Source of the DNA: Octopus sinensis | Taxonomy: Eukaryota | Direction: 5' to 3' | Assembly: GCF_006345805.1 (NCBI RefSeq) | Contig: NC_043010.1 | Location: 33,604,001-33,668,000, forward strand | Length of the DNA: 64,000 nt | Part shown: in pieces, positions 40,601 to 52,768 of the stretch | How the letters are laid out: each line of letters starts with the position of its first letter | Numbering within the stretch: the stretch's first letter is position 1 | Notes under the pieces: model-generated | Told to the model about the DNA's origin: nothing | Database searches by the model: none | The model's input: only the letters and a program-made list of their open reading frames with translations | Translations under genes and position numbers: made by a program

Positions 40601-40996
40601 ACCCAGCCCCATGGTTAATCCATTACCATTTAAACTGGCTTTATCCGGCCCAATATACTACCTGTTTTATGCTCAAATCAGCTAGAACTGGCCTCTTACA
40701 CCTGCCCTACAATGTGATTCTAAAGAAACAAACAATCACATCATCGCAATCTCAAAGCCTTGAGATAATGCACAATTAATTTGTGGTAATGTGAATAAAT
40801 AACTATTGAATTTGACAGAACAAAGGGGTTAAATTAACATAAGGGGTAGAAAACGAACCAAAGTAAGGAATGCAACACTACTGCTGCAGCCTGCTGGCAC
40901 TGCCCAAAACTCCCATTCACATGACATGCGACACGACATGACCACAACACGACGACTCTAGAATGAATGACACTGTGTTCTTATACTGTTTTCCAG

Positions 40997-41116
40997 CTCC
41001 CAGCAGACTAGTGAAAGATGAATACGGCCACGACAGCCAGCTCAATGGCAGCGGGGCCGGGGAAGGCTCACAAACTGTACAACACCCACCTCAGGACAAT
41101 TTTGGCCTCATGCCAG
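40997..41116 (+). CDS. SMAD4: Smad4 linker exon (120 nt, phase 1 to 1)
   Basis: ttttccag|CT acceptor, CCAG|GTGGGT donor. Translates (A)PSRLVKDEYGHDSQLNGSGAGEGSQTVQHPPQDNFGLMP, carrying the SMAD4 VKDEY and QT(I/V)QHPP motifs. Confidence 0.9.
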
Positions 41117-42137
41117 GTGGGTGGCTTTCTTTTTTTTTTTTTAACCTTTTTCCTTTTTTATTTTTTATTTTATTTTATTCTTCATTTGCACTTTTCCAAA
41201 TAGGTTTTAGAATTTTGTTGTCATAATTGTTATCATTGTTTCTTTCGCTGTTGTTACTTGTTATACCTTATGCTGTTGTTTTGTTGTTGTTGTTGTTGTT
41301 GTTGCCACTAGTTCTTTGTTTTTTTTTGTTTTGTTGTTTTTTTTTTGCCATGATCAAAGTAGCTGTTTTCGCTTTCATCTTACCCTAATATGTTGTTTGT
41401 TCTCGAGGATGACATTTGCTGTATGTTGTGTATCATTGTCGTCATCATCGTCATTGTAGTAAGTTGTTTTGCATACTGTTGTTTAATCAAATATTTGCAG
41501 TATTGTCACATGGTGTACTCATATTGTGTGTGTGTGTGTGTGTATGTATGTGTATATTTTTATGGTCATATTGTTGCATTCCCTGAGATCTTGGAATGCT
41601 ATGAAGCTGTATTGTCATATATCACTGCGTGATGTATGTCTTTTGTATGTACATACACACACACACACACACATGCACATATATATATACATACATATAT
41701 ACACACACACTCATTTGATGGCAACATGCATATTATGTCCAACATACTATTTAATATAACCTTTCCTTCAAAAATATTCACTTCAGTTATCTAATTACTG
41801 GATAACTAGTTTACAATATCAGTCAGTGACTTCACCATCTCTTTGCTCTCACACACACACGCACATATTATTTTAAGAAGAATGCATCTATAGAGAATTG
41901 TAGAATTAGTCCATGATAAAAACAAAACTGCAGGGTATCAATTAACAATGACTTGATTTATATTCTCTACTGATCAATATGAATCAATAGAATATGGCAA
42001 ACTATACCAACCATTAAAATTGTACATATGATATGAGACTTTGATTTCAACATCAAGAAAAATAAATGAAACAGGAAAGAAAAGATGAATCTGGTTGCAA
42101 TGAAAATGGACACAGCATTCTGCAAGACTTGATCAGT

Positions 42138-42181
<44 letters not shown>

Positions 42182-44464
42182 ACTGTTCCGTGATAGAAAA
42201 TTCAGTAAAAAAATACTCTGTCTGGTGAGAGATAAATATTATTTATTTAAAGGGCATAATACATGTATTTAAGTGCTACTAATAGTTTAATATGTTGAGA
42301 AATACTCAAATGTATTCTTCAGATACAAACCACATATCATAATGAACTTCAAAAATTGAATAATAGAAGAAATGCAAAAAAAAAAAAAGGGAAGGCAGCA
42401 TATAGAAAACGCTGAAAGTAAAAAAAAAACAAAATAAAACAAAAACAAAAAACTAAAATTTAAAAAACAAAAGTAAAGAAGTAAAAGAGCTGTCCTCCTT
42501 CGACCTTAAATAATAAGGCTGGAAAGATATCAAGTTAATCAGGAATAGACGGAATTTTCCAATTCTTCAAAATGTATTTATACATGTGCTTGCAACCACT
42601 GAAAATTTCTGACCTAGTGTTCAGTAGAGAATTAGGGAATTTAGATCTGAGCAGGATCTATGTAATCACATGTGGTGTGTCATTATCTTTCAAAGTCTAT
42701 ACGTAGCTAGCCACCTAAAATAATAAAGTAATTAATGACGGTTTCAAATTGTGGTACAAGGCCAGCAATTTTAAAGGAGAATTAAATTGGTTACATTAAT
42801 CCCTGTGCTCAACTAGTACTTATTTTATTGACCCCCAAAAGGATGAGAGACAACATTGATCATTAATAGTATTTGAATGTTGTAATTAATAATATTTATT
42901 ATTATGCAATCCGTGCACTCGAAGTTCCGTTGAAAGTAAATTTTTGCACAACTTTAGAGTTTTTCATACACTGACGACTAGAATAAAATGGAACATTACC
43001 TGACAACCACTATCAACCATTCCAGTTGATAATCTGCTTTACGATCCCTCTTCTTAATAGCAATGGTCATTAATATAACATTGGTCTGAATCATTAATTG
43101 GTCTAACTAAATGTTGATAATGGAGGAGGTGCATCTGTAAATACCAGTGCTTTTGGGGTGATAAACAGGCTGTTGCACCAGTTGTTTGTTTCGAAACGTA
43201 ATGATGTAGGTACATCTATTGTTGACAATAGAGCATTGTACTGTTGCTGGCAAACACAATCTACAAACTTGTGGATTTACATTTGAGTCACTTGTATATC
43301 ATGAATATATAACACCAAAAGATACTTACCATATATCTGTTACCCTTTAGTTTTCTGGCATAATCTAGCCATATCAGAGGTTATGCTGAATGAAATGAGT
43401 GATATTAAATAATCAAATTATACAGGATGTTACATTATCCAGTTCCATGTTGTCATTTTTGTATCTACATAAATTAACGTGTCTTGAATATGTTAATGAA
43501 TACTAAAGGAATAGGCATGGCTGTGTGGTAAGACACTTGCTTCCCAACTACATGGGTCTGGGTTCAATCCCACTGCATGGCACCTTGGACAAGTGTCTTC
43601 TACTATAGCCTTGACCTGAGTAGATTTGGTAAACAGAAACTTCTACTATAGCCTTGTGAGTGGATTTGGTAAACAGAAACTGGACGAAGCCCATTGCATG
43701 TGTGTGTGTGTCTTTGTCCCCCACCCTCACATGACAACTAGTGCTGGTGTGTTTATAAGCCTGTAACTTAGCAGTTCGGCAAAAGAGACTGAAAAGTACC
43801 AGGCTCAAAAGGGAAAAATAAGTACTAGGGTTGATTCATTCAACTAAAAATTTTTCAAGGTGATGCCCCAGCATGGCCACAGTCTAATGACTGAAACAAG
43901 TTAAAGAAAAGGATATATCTTAGACAAGACATACTATTCTACTTTATATGAATGCATTAATATATCTAATATGATTAGTATTATGACTTTTAAAAGATTG
44001 AGCCCCACTCTACTCAACTCTTCATAAATGCTGAAGGGTTTACCCATAAACACAACAGTTTACTATTTTTATATTCAGCCCTCAGCACATCTAACAGTGT
44101 TGTTGTTGTGAATGCTGGAGTATTTTACTGATTCTGAGTTTTAAGCTGTATTATTCTTGTTATGTGACACAAGAAATTTGGCTGAGGATGCAATGTAGCT
44201 TAAAAAGATTCACTCCATGTCTTCGTTCATTAAAAGATGTGCCAGCATGAAATGATGGATGTAGTATATATTGCTAGCATTATCATCATAACTCTTTTTA
44301 CATCTGCTTTTCTGTACCAGCATGGGTTGGATGAGACTTTTTAAGTAGTCTTTTATGGCTAGACACCTTTCAGTTGTCTCTTAATTGCATGCAAGGAGGC
44401 AGTGTATCTATCCTAAAAATCAGGGTGCACACCATGTTTCCTAAAAAACGGGAATTCACATTTG

Positions 44465-44495
<31 letters not shown>

Positions 44496-44621
44496 AAAAG
44501 GTGGTTTTCTTCTAATTTATTTATATATATATATGTTACGTTTATATATTTTTTATTGGCTAAACTGGCAAAATGACCATTCCTAAATACAACAATATAT
44601 ATATATATGTATACATTCATA

Positions 44622-44820
44622 CAGTAATTCCTTGACTATCATGGGTGTTACATTCCAAAATCTGGTGGAAATCTGCAAAGTAGAAACAGTACTGTACTGT
44701 ATATTTTTTTAATATAATTTGTATGTATTCATTTTATTATAAATGCAAAACAACACCACAGAGGAATCAAAATAAACTTAAATAATAAACCGTGATAGGT
44801 GAACCGCGATATGGTGGGTA
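44622..44820. mobile_element. Possible pogo/Tigger-like MITE remnant
   Basis: TA|CAGTAATTCCTTGACTATC left end and ccgcgatat near the right end; right TIR eroded. Confidence 0.35.
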
Positions 44821-45619
44821 GTTTCTCATAGTCCAAGAGAGATGGTTCTGCAATTTCTTGCTGCTCAATCTGGACAAATGATTTGTTTATAGCAATCAAA
44901 TCATACATTGCCTGAACAGGTGCATGGTCCGCTGCATGTCAGATGTTGAAGCGATTGCAGAGCAACATGAGTTGAAGTGTTTTGCTCAAGAACCCAACAC
45001 GCCAGGAATTGAAGCCATGATCTCACAATTGTGAGTGCCAGGCCATATGGCTTCACCATACACACACACAGACACACACACATATAGTGTGCATATCATC
45101 ATCATTTGATGTCCGTTTTCAATGCTGGCATGGGTTGGATGGTTTGACAGGTGTCAGCAAGCTGGAGAGCTGCACCAGGCTCCAGTTATCTGTTTTGGTA
45201 TGGTTTCTATGGCTGGATGTCATCCTAACACCACCAACCACTTTACAGAGTGCACTGGGTGCATTTTATGTGGCACCAACACAGGTGCTTTATACATGGC
45301 ACTAGCACTAGTGCTTTTTATGTGGTACCAGCATATGCTTTTCATGTGACATCAGCACAGGCATGGCACACTTGCTTCCCAATCACATAGGTCTGGGTTC
45401 AATCCCACTACATGGCACCTTAGGCGAATGTCTTCTACTATAGCTTTGAGCTGACCAAAGCCTTGTGAGTGGATCTGGTAAACAGAAACTGAAAGATGCC
45501 CATTGTGTGTGTGTGGTGTGCGTATTAAAATCTGTCAAGTCAAGTAATTTGAATAGTACGAAGCTGTTGCAATATCACAGTGATATGGTGGTGGAGGGTC
45601 TACCTATTTCTTTACTACC

Positions 45620-45833
45620 CACAAGGGGCTAAACACAGAGAGGACAAACAAGGACAGACAAACAGATTAAGTCAATTATATCAACCCCAGTGCGTAACTG
45701 GCACTTATTTAATCGACCCCGAAAGGATGAAAGGCAAAGTCGACCTCGGCGGAATTTGAACTCAGAACGTAGCGGCAGATGAATTACTGCTAAGCATTTC
45801 ACTCAGCATGCTAACGATTCTGCCAGCTCGCCG
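45620..45833 (-). mobile_element. tRNA-derived SINE, family B, representative copy
   Basis: Head ggcgagctggcagaatcgttagc, B box GAGTTCAAATTCC, central gactttgcctttcatcctttcggggtcgat, recalled as resembling the Meta/Sauria-type SINE core. Others at 427-650, 21080-21587, 31775-31975(-), 49117-49343, 50484-50690, 51231-51460, 59535-59745, 61123-61560. Confidence 0.8.
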
Positions 45834-47461
45834 ATGGTGGTGGTGGAGGGTCTACCACCATCCATAACTACCTCTGCTACTACTACCTTCACAACCGCTA
45901 ATTCCACAACCAATCACCACAACCTCTACAACCTACACTACCACACTCAATACCACGAGCACCATAACTACCACCACCACCTCTACCTAGCACCATCCAC
46001 TACCACTACCACAACCACCACACTCACCACTACCACCATGACTACTGCAGCAACATTTAGCATGTTTGTTATTTGTGTTGTTATTGTTGTTGTTGCTGTT
46101 TATGTTGTCGTTGCAACACCCACCTCCCTCCTGCCCACTTCAGACCACCTCACCCCCAATGCTTCCAGACCTTTCCCCCCACACACCATTAACCTCCTTG
46201 TCCCTTTTATGATCCATACCACTGCCCCCTCTCCATTGTATGCTTTCACACCCCCTCTTCCTTCTCCTTTCTCACTCCTCCCCTACTCTTTTTGTCATCA
46301 TCATTAATTCACTTCATTCTCCCTCCTGTCAAGGTCCACACACATAATCTCACTTCTGTTGCTGTCATCATCATCATCATCATCATCAACTCACCTTATG
46401 ATCTTCCTCCATCACCACCTTGCTTGTATCCCACCCTCACCCATCATCGATCCTTCTTGTTCCCACTGACCACTTCACACTTCACTTCTACTCGTATCAG
46501 TGAGCAGAGATCTTAACTTTCATCAATGTCCGGGATCACTGATCCTGCCTGTGATCCTACAACCACCACCTCTACTGTCTCTCCTCTTCACCTTCCTCTC
46601 CTTCCTTCATCTCTTCTCAACCTTAATCAGTCCTTCCTATCTCAATGATACACCCTGTTACTATCAATGGTGTTAGACCTTCTGCTAACAACTCTTGCCA
46701 TTAGAGATGCCTCTGCATCAATGATTCTCAAATCTTCTTCTGTCAGTTACTCCTCTTTCCTGCTGAAGTAAATTCCCTTTTGCCCCATAAAAATAATGCA
46801 AAGCCACCATAACAATATAGAAAAAAATATGATGGAACAACTTTTTTTTAATAAGGTTTGGCCCTACAGAATTGAGGAATTAATATGATTTAATTTCCAG
46901 GAATTGAATATCGTTATTTACCACCACCCCCTGTCATGTAAATTTTTACTCCTGGACAAGAATCACTGCATTATGTGGTTGCTCAACCTGCTAGAAAACA
47001 CAGTTCAATCTACCTCAAATCATCCCCAGTTATCTTAAAATAAAAAATAAATAAAATAAAAAGCAAAGAATTACATTCAACAAAGTGATCCTATATATAT
47101 AAAATATAAAATAAAAAATGGGATTGTCAGTGCTTGAAAGCCTTTGATCATAGGTCTACTTGATTAGAGCTAACCTGGGGTTAAACTGCTGCTGCTGCTA
47201 ATACTGTCATCTTCGTTATCACCATCTCCATCATTTCATCATGGTCACTGCTCACCTGTAGAAGATCCTGATGACCCAAGGCCCTTAATCCTAATGGCCA
47301 CACTCCCACCCCAACCCCACTACTACTGCCATCACCAGCTGAAGCCTCCCCACTCCTGCCCTCTCTTCCTGCCATGGTACCGAGTAAAGGTAAAAGTTTA
47401 AGAAAGGGTGATGCAAGCATATATGTTGTACCCTCTAAATGTTGTATTTTTACCTGTCCAG

Positions 47462-47503
47462 GTTTACAGCCCCAGGCCTCTAAGTTCCGGCCAGCATCTT
47501 CAG
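47462..47503 (+). CDS. SMAD4: Probable 42-nt Smad4 linker exon (GLQPQASKFRPASS)
   Basis: Acceptor gtatttttacctgtccag|G, perfect donor CAG|GTGAGT. 14 codons, phase 1 to 1, no stop; compatible with both neighbouring exons. No homology recognised. Confidence 0.55.
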
Positions 47504-47650
47504 GTGAGTCACTCTACTACTGCCTTTTCCACCTTTTCTGTTACATTTTCCTAACGTTGCTACACACCTCCATCGCAGTCTTTTATCTCCAAACAACAGT
47601 GTATTATAAGTGTGTGGAGGGGGGAATGTGTCTGTGATTATATATGTGTG

Positions 47651-47702
<52 letters not shown>

Positions 47703-47798
47703 TTTATATATATGGCAAGCATGTGTGTATATGTGTGTATGTGTATACATGTATACATATTTATGTATGTGTCATGTGTCTGAGTGTGTTTCTATATA

Positions 47799-48674
47799 CA
47801 AGGTCTGATCAATAAGTATCCAGATTGTTGCCATAGTAATGAAGCTAAAGTACACAGAGTGAAGATGCTTGGCAAAGATTCACCTTGAACTCTGGTGTGC
47901 ATGTGCACTAAGTTTTAACACTCTAGCTCACTTCCACTGTTTACAGCAGTACTTGGAAGGAAGGTGTGTAGCATGTGATCATATTGAACATAACAGAGAA
48001 AGTTGCCTTGACAATACCTGCTCAGAGGCCTACGCAAAGTTGCAGAAAGTGTGTGGAGAGGAGTGTATGGATGGTTCAGACATTTCCAAGATGGCCAAAA
48101 AAATGTTGATATTGATGACTGTTCTGGGAGACCCACAACCAGCAGAACTGAGAAAAACATTGTAGATGTGTGTGTAGCTGTGAGGGGAAATCATCAGATC
48201 ACCATCCGTGAGTTATCAGAGGATGTGCAGAATAGTTACAGTTCAGTTCAGTCCATTATCACTGTAGATTTGGGTATAAGACATGTGTCTGCTGTGTTTG
48301 TGCCACAGCTGCTTTCAGCTGACCAAAAAGACACTCAGGTTTCAGTTGCACATGGTCTCCTTGATTGTGTCAAGAACAATGAAGGTCGACTTTTTGAAAA
48401 TTTGTGTAGGCCTCTGAGCAGGTATCACCAAGCTTTTAGCAAAATTTGATGCACATTCTCTGCTCAACCTTCTCTGTCATGGTTAATGCGATGATCACAC
48501 ACTACACACCTTCCTTCCAAGTACTGCTGTAAACAGCAGAAGTGATCTGGAATGTTAAAATTTAGTGCGCATGCACAGCAGAGTTGTAGTTCAGTCTGTG
48601 CCGAGCGGCTTCACTCTGCATACTTTAGCTTTGTTACTACGGCAACAGTCCGGATACTTATTGATCAGACCACA
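47799..48674 (+). mobile_element. Internally deleted mariner-like element with ~184-bp terminal inverted repeats
   Basis: TA flanks; TIRs 47799-47982 and 48491-48674. Interior encodes decayed HTH region WFRHFQDG...SGRPTTSRT...ITIRELSE...FVPQLLSADQK; no catalytic domain. Confidence 0.85.
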
Positions 48675-49012
48675 TATATATACACACACAATGTACATAC
48701 ATGTATATGTATACATATTCAAAAGCAAATATTCACATATATATGCATGTGTGTATGTATATATATATACTTGTGTGTATGCATCTGTATGTATATGTGG
48801 TGTGTGTATACATACATACATGTATATGCTGGGCTGTCTTAGCAGTATTGTAGGCCCCCAAGCAAATTAGTTTAGTGGGCCCTATAGTGTTTATTTATTG
48901 ACAGAAACGTAGAATATACATAAATCAGAATTGGATCCCTTGCCCTGTCAAGCCTCTGGGCTACTATAACTATATATATATATATAATATATATATATAT
49001 ATAATATATATA

Positions 49013-49066
<54 letters not shown>

Positions 49067-49353
49067 GTCCCACAATTTCAGGCCTTGTGCCTATAGTAGA
49101 AAGGATTATTATTATTGTGGTGAGCTGGCAGAATCATTATCACTCTGGACGAAATGCTTAGCGGCATTTCGCCTGTCGCTACATTCTGAATTCAAATTCT
49201 GCTGGGGTTGACTTTGTCTTTCATTCTTTCAGAGGTCGATAAATTAAGTACTAGCGAAACACTGGGGTCGGTGTAATTGACTAGTCCCCTCCCCCCAAAT
49301 TTCAGGCCTTGTGCTTTTAGTAGAAAGTATTATTATTATTATTGTTGTTGTTG

Positions 49354-50431
49354 CCTTTGCACAGCTTCTAATGCTGGAGATGTACTACAGTGTCAGCTGT
49401 TCACTACCAGTCAACTAAGGTAACACCTCTTAATTTTCGAGCACCTTCTGGAGTATTCAAGTGGTCCCAAGCAGTGCTGTTTTCTACAAGTGCTCCACCC
49501 TTATTGCAGCCCCTATTTGTTCCACGTATTTCTCGAGACTTTTGCTCACTGTTCCCTGGGCTCCGACAATTATTGGTTCTACTGCTACCTTTTTCAGCGA
49601 CCACAACTGCTTAACTTCCCAAGCTAACCTGTCATAACTCTCGACTTTTCTTCCTTATCGCATACCTTGTTGTTGGCTGGACATGCTATGTCTATGATCC
49701 AGCATAATTTGTTTTCTTTCTCAATTAAGACTATATCCAGCTTCCTATTCTCAATCTCATGGACGCACGGAATCATGAAATCCGATAGGATCTTTGCATT
49801 TCTATTTTCGACAATGCCTTCAGGTTTGTGGTCATTCCAATATTTTGCTCTGTCAAGTTCATACTTGTTGCAAAGTGTCCAATGGACAAGCCTGGCTATA
49901 TTGTTGTGGCATCTCTTATATCCCTTCTGGGCTAGTGGCGTACATTGGCTGGTAATATGCCATACAGTTTCACTTTTTTTTCCACAGATTCTGCACTTAT
50001 CACTTTCTGATGTGTTGTCTATTCTGTATTTTATGTAGTTTGTTCTTAGTGCTTGCTCTTGGGCAGCACAGATTGGGGACTTTGTTTCCGGGTTTTAAAT
50101 CACTTTTAGTCATCCACAGCCATCTTTTTTCTCTATCTGTCTTATCTTCAACATCCCTATGAAATTGTCCATGCATTCTTTTCTTTATCCACCTATTTTC
50201 AGTTTCATTCATTTTCAATTTCTTATATAGTCCTTCATTTTTGCAATCTTTCATCCTACACAAGCCTGACCTTCCTACTTCTGATAATAGCGGTTTTGTG
50301 ACATTTTTTACATACCATGCTATGTTGTTTTTTCTGCTCTAATGCTGTGTTCGCATCCAATAAGTCCACTTCCCCCTCTTTTTCTTGGTACATACAGTCT
50401 TCCTGTGTCACTTTTTGGGTGGAGTGACCTA
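49354..50431 (-). mobile_element. 5'-truncated R4/Dong-type (RLE) non-LTR retrotransposon, decayed
   Basis: Minus-strand remnants: post-RT HPKSDTGRLYVPRKRGG, MHGQFHRD, CCHC knuckle CRICGKKSETVWHITSQC, RLE region and C-terminal PIIVGALGTV...KTALLGT...KVLEN*. (TAA)n lies at both ends. Confidence 0.85.
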
Positions 50432-50485
<54 letters not shown>

Positions 50486-50956
50486 GGTAGCAAGCTGGCA
50501 AAATCATTAGCATGGTGGACAAAATGCTTAGTAGCATTTCATCTATCTTAACATTTTGAGTTCAAATTCTGCCGAGGTCAGTTTAACTTTTAAAGCTTTC
50601 AGAGTTGATAAAATAGTACTAGTTGAACATGAGATTGCTGCCCTTGTGCCAAAACTTCAAACATTATGGTTGTTGATGTTGTTAAGGTGGTCGAATGACT
50701 AACATGGCCCAATGAAAGTGTTTGGGAACACTTCACCCACGCGTAGACAAAATGCTTTGCGGCATTTCTTTCAGCTTTATGTTCCGAGTTCAAATACTGC
50801 TGAGGTCAACTTTGCCTTTCATCCTTTCGTGACTGATAAAATAATGTACCAGTTTCAACATGGGTCAATGTAGTCAACACACCCCATTCTTTTATTATCA
50901 CTGGTCTTGTGCCAGAATTTTAAACTATTATCATTATTATCATCATCATCATTATA

Positions 50957-51195
50957 AACATCGCACAGTATATAATACAGTGAAATTGTTGATTGAAGAT
51001 ATTGCATCTACCAGGGGTTTGTACTGTTTGTCAAGTCACAACAAGGACCTCAGACAGACAATACTTTACACAATATGTGTGCAGTTCCAAGTAATGCCAA
51101 CGTTTGCAATATACCTAGATTGTAGGGTATTTCTTAAGTTTTCAGATGTTTTTTTCAGATTGGGTGGTATTGAACTCAATGCTTCGATGACAATT
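50957..51195 (-). mobile_element. R4/Dong-type LINE 3' end, subfamily 2
   Basis: IVIEALSSIPPNLKK...ALLGTAHILCKVLSV* plus 3' UTR; flanked by TAA/TGA tracts. Confidence 0.75.
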
Positions 51196-52736
51196 ATTAT
51201 ATTATTATTATTATTATCATCATCATCATTAGGGTGGTGAGCTGGCAGAATTGTTAGGAAACCAGGCAAAATGCTTAGTGGCATTTCATTCACTTTCTGA
51301 GTTTAAATTCTCCTAAGGTTAACTTTGCCTTACATCCTTTTGGAGCCTATACAATAAATATAAGTTGAGCATGGGGAGGCAGGGGTGTCAACATAATCGA
51401 CTTACCCCCTCTTCCAATATTACTGGCCTTGTGCCAAAATTTGAAGCATTATTATTCTTATTGTTATTATTATTATGGATTAGCAGAATCAATTGTGCAG
51501 AGAATAAAATGCCTTGTGGTATTTAGGTATGTCCTTTTACATTCAGAGTTCAAGTTTCACCATACTCAGCTACACCTTTTATCCTTCTGGGCCCTATGTT
51601 ACATATCATTATTATCATTGTCAAAACAATTACTTGTTGCTTAGCCTGAGGTTAGTACCGATTGTGCAGACCTTTGATTAAAAAGTGTTCTAACCATGAC
51701 CATCTCGTCTTTATACATCTAAGGCCACCTTGATAGATGTGTGCTTCCCTTATCTAAGAGAAGGATTTTGGCTGATATTTCTAGCAGGTCAAGCAACTAC
51801 ATAGAGAGATTTTCATACACACAGGCTAGCAACAGTAAGCATGAATAGTGAGTCAGGTAATGGACAATCAATTGGGTGGTCAATAGTTCATATCCTGTTT
51901 CCAGCACTTAGTTCTTGTCTGTGGTCAAGATATTGGACTCTTGAATATCATACATCACTTAACTGTTAAAGGATATTGTAAAAATTTACTCCTTGTATAG
52001 GTGAGGTCAGATGGCCAGAAGAGTAATCAAAACTGCAGAGTTTTTTCCAGTGGGTTTATTTTCCATTGACGGATAATGTCTGGTCAAGGAGGCAGTACAG
52101 AGAGCAAGACAAGGGAGGGAGGAAGAAGAGAGAGAGATAGAGCAACGTGTGTCTGAAAACAAACAGATGGATAAAAAGGATCATCATAGGAAATTTTATC
52201 ACTCCTAAAATGACCAGTTCACTGTCTCTAGTATGCAGCTGTATCTTTGCATTCCTTAAGTGGTCAGCTAGTCATACAACGCCACACAACAACTGACCGT
52301 AACACATACTTAGCTAGCCGATGGCAACTGTAGCTAATCCAAAATCCAACTTCTGCTTCAAGCACAACTTCATGTCAGATCACTCTCTTTTTTGCGGAAT
52401 AAACTATATTCTGTATGAATGTGTGTCTATGCTTGCCTGTGATTGTGTGGATGCTTCTCTGTGCATGTGTGCGTGTTATGATGATATTCAACACATATAC
52501 CCCCACACACATGTATATATGTGCGTGTGTGTGTGTGTGTATGCATATATAGACATATATACACGTGTATGTATATATATATAAATGTGTGTGTGTGTGC
52601 ATATATATATACATATAGAAATCTACATGTATGTATGTGTGTATATATATATATATATATCCTCATCGTTGTTTAACATCCATTTTCCATGATAGTAGGG
52701 GTTGGACATATATACATATACATGTATGTGTATATG

Positions 52737-52768
<32 letters not shown>

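Noticed and set aside
43160-43210. tttcGAAACGTA hammerhead-like half
   Set aside because: No upstream core and no stem I.
47262-47389. Longer exon from the ctgtag acceptor (EDPDDPRPL...)
   Set aside because: No donor in the required phase 1 for that frame, and the other frames contain stops.
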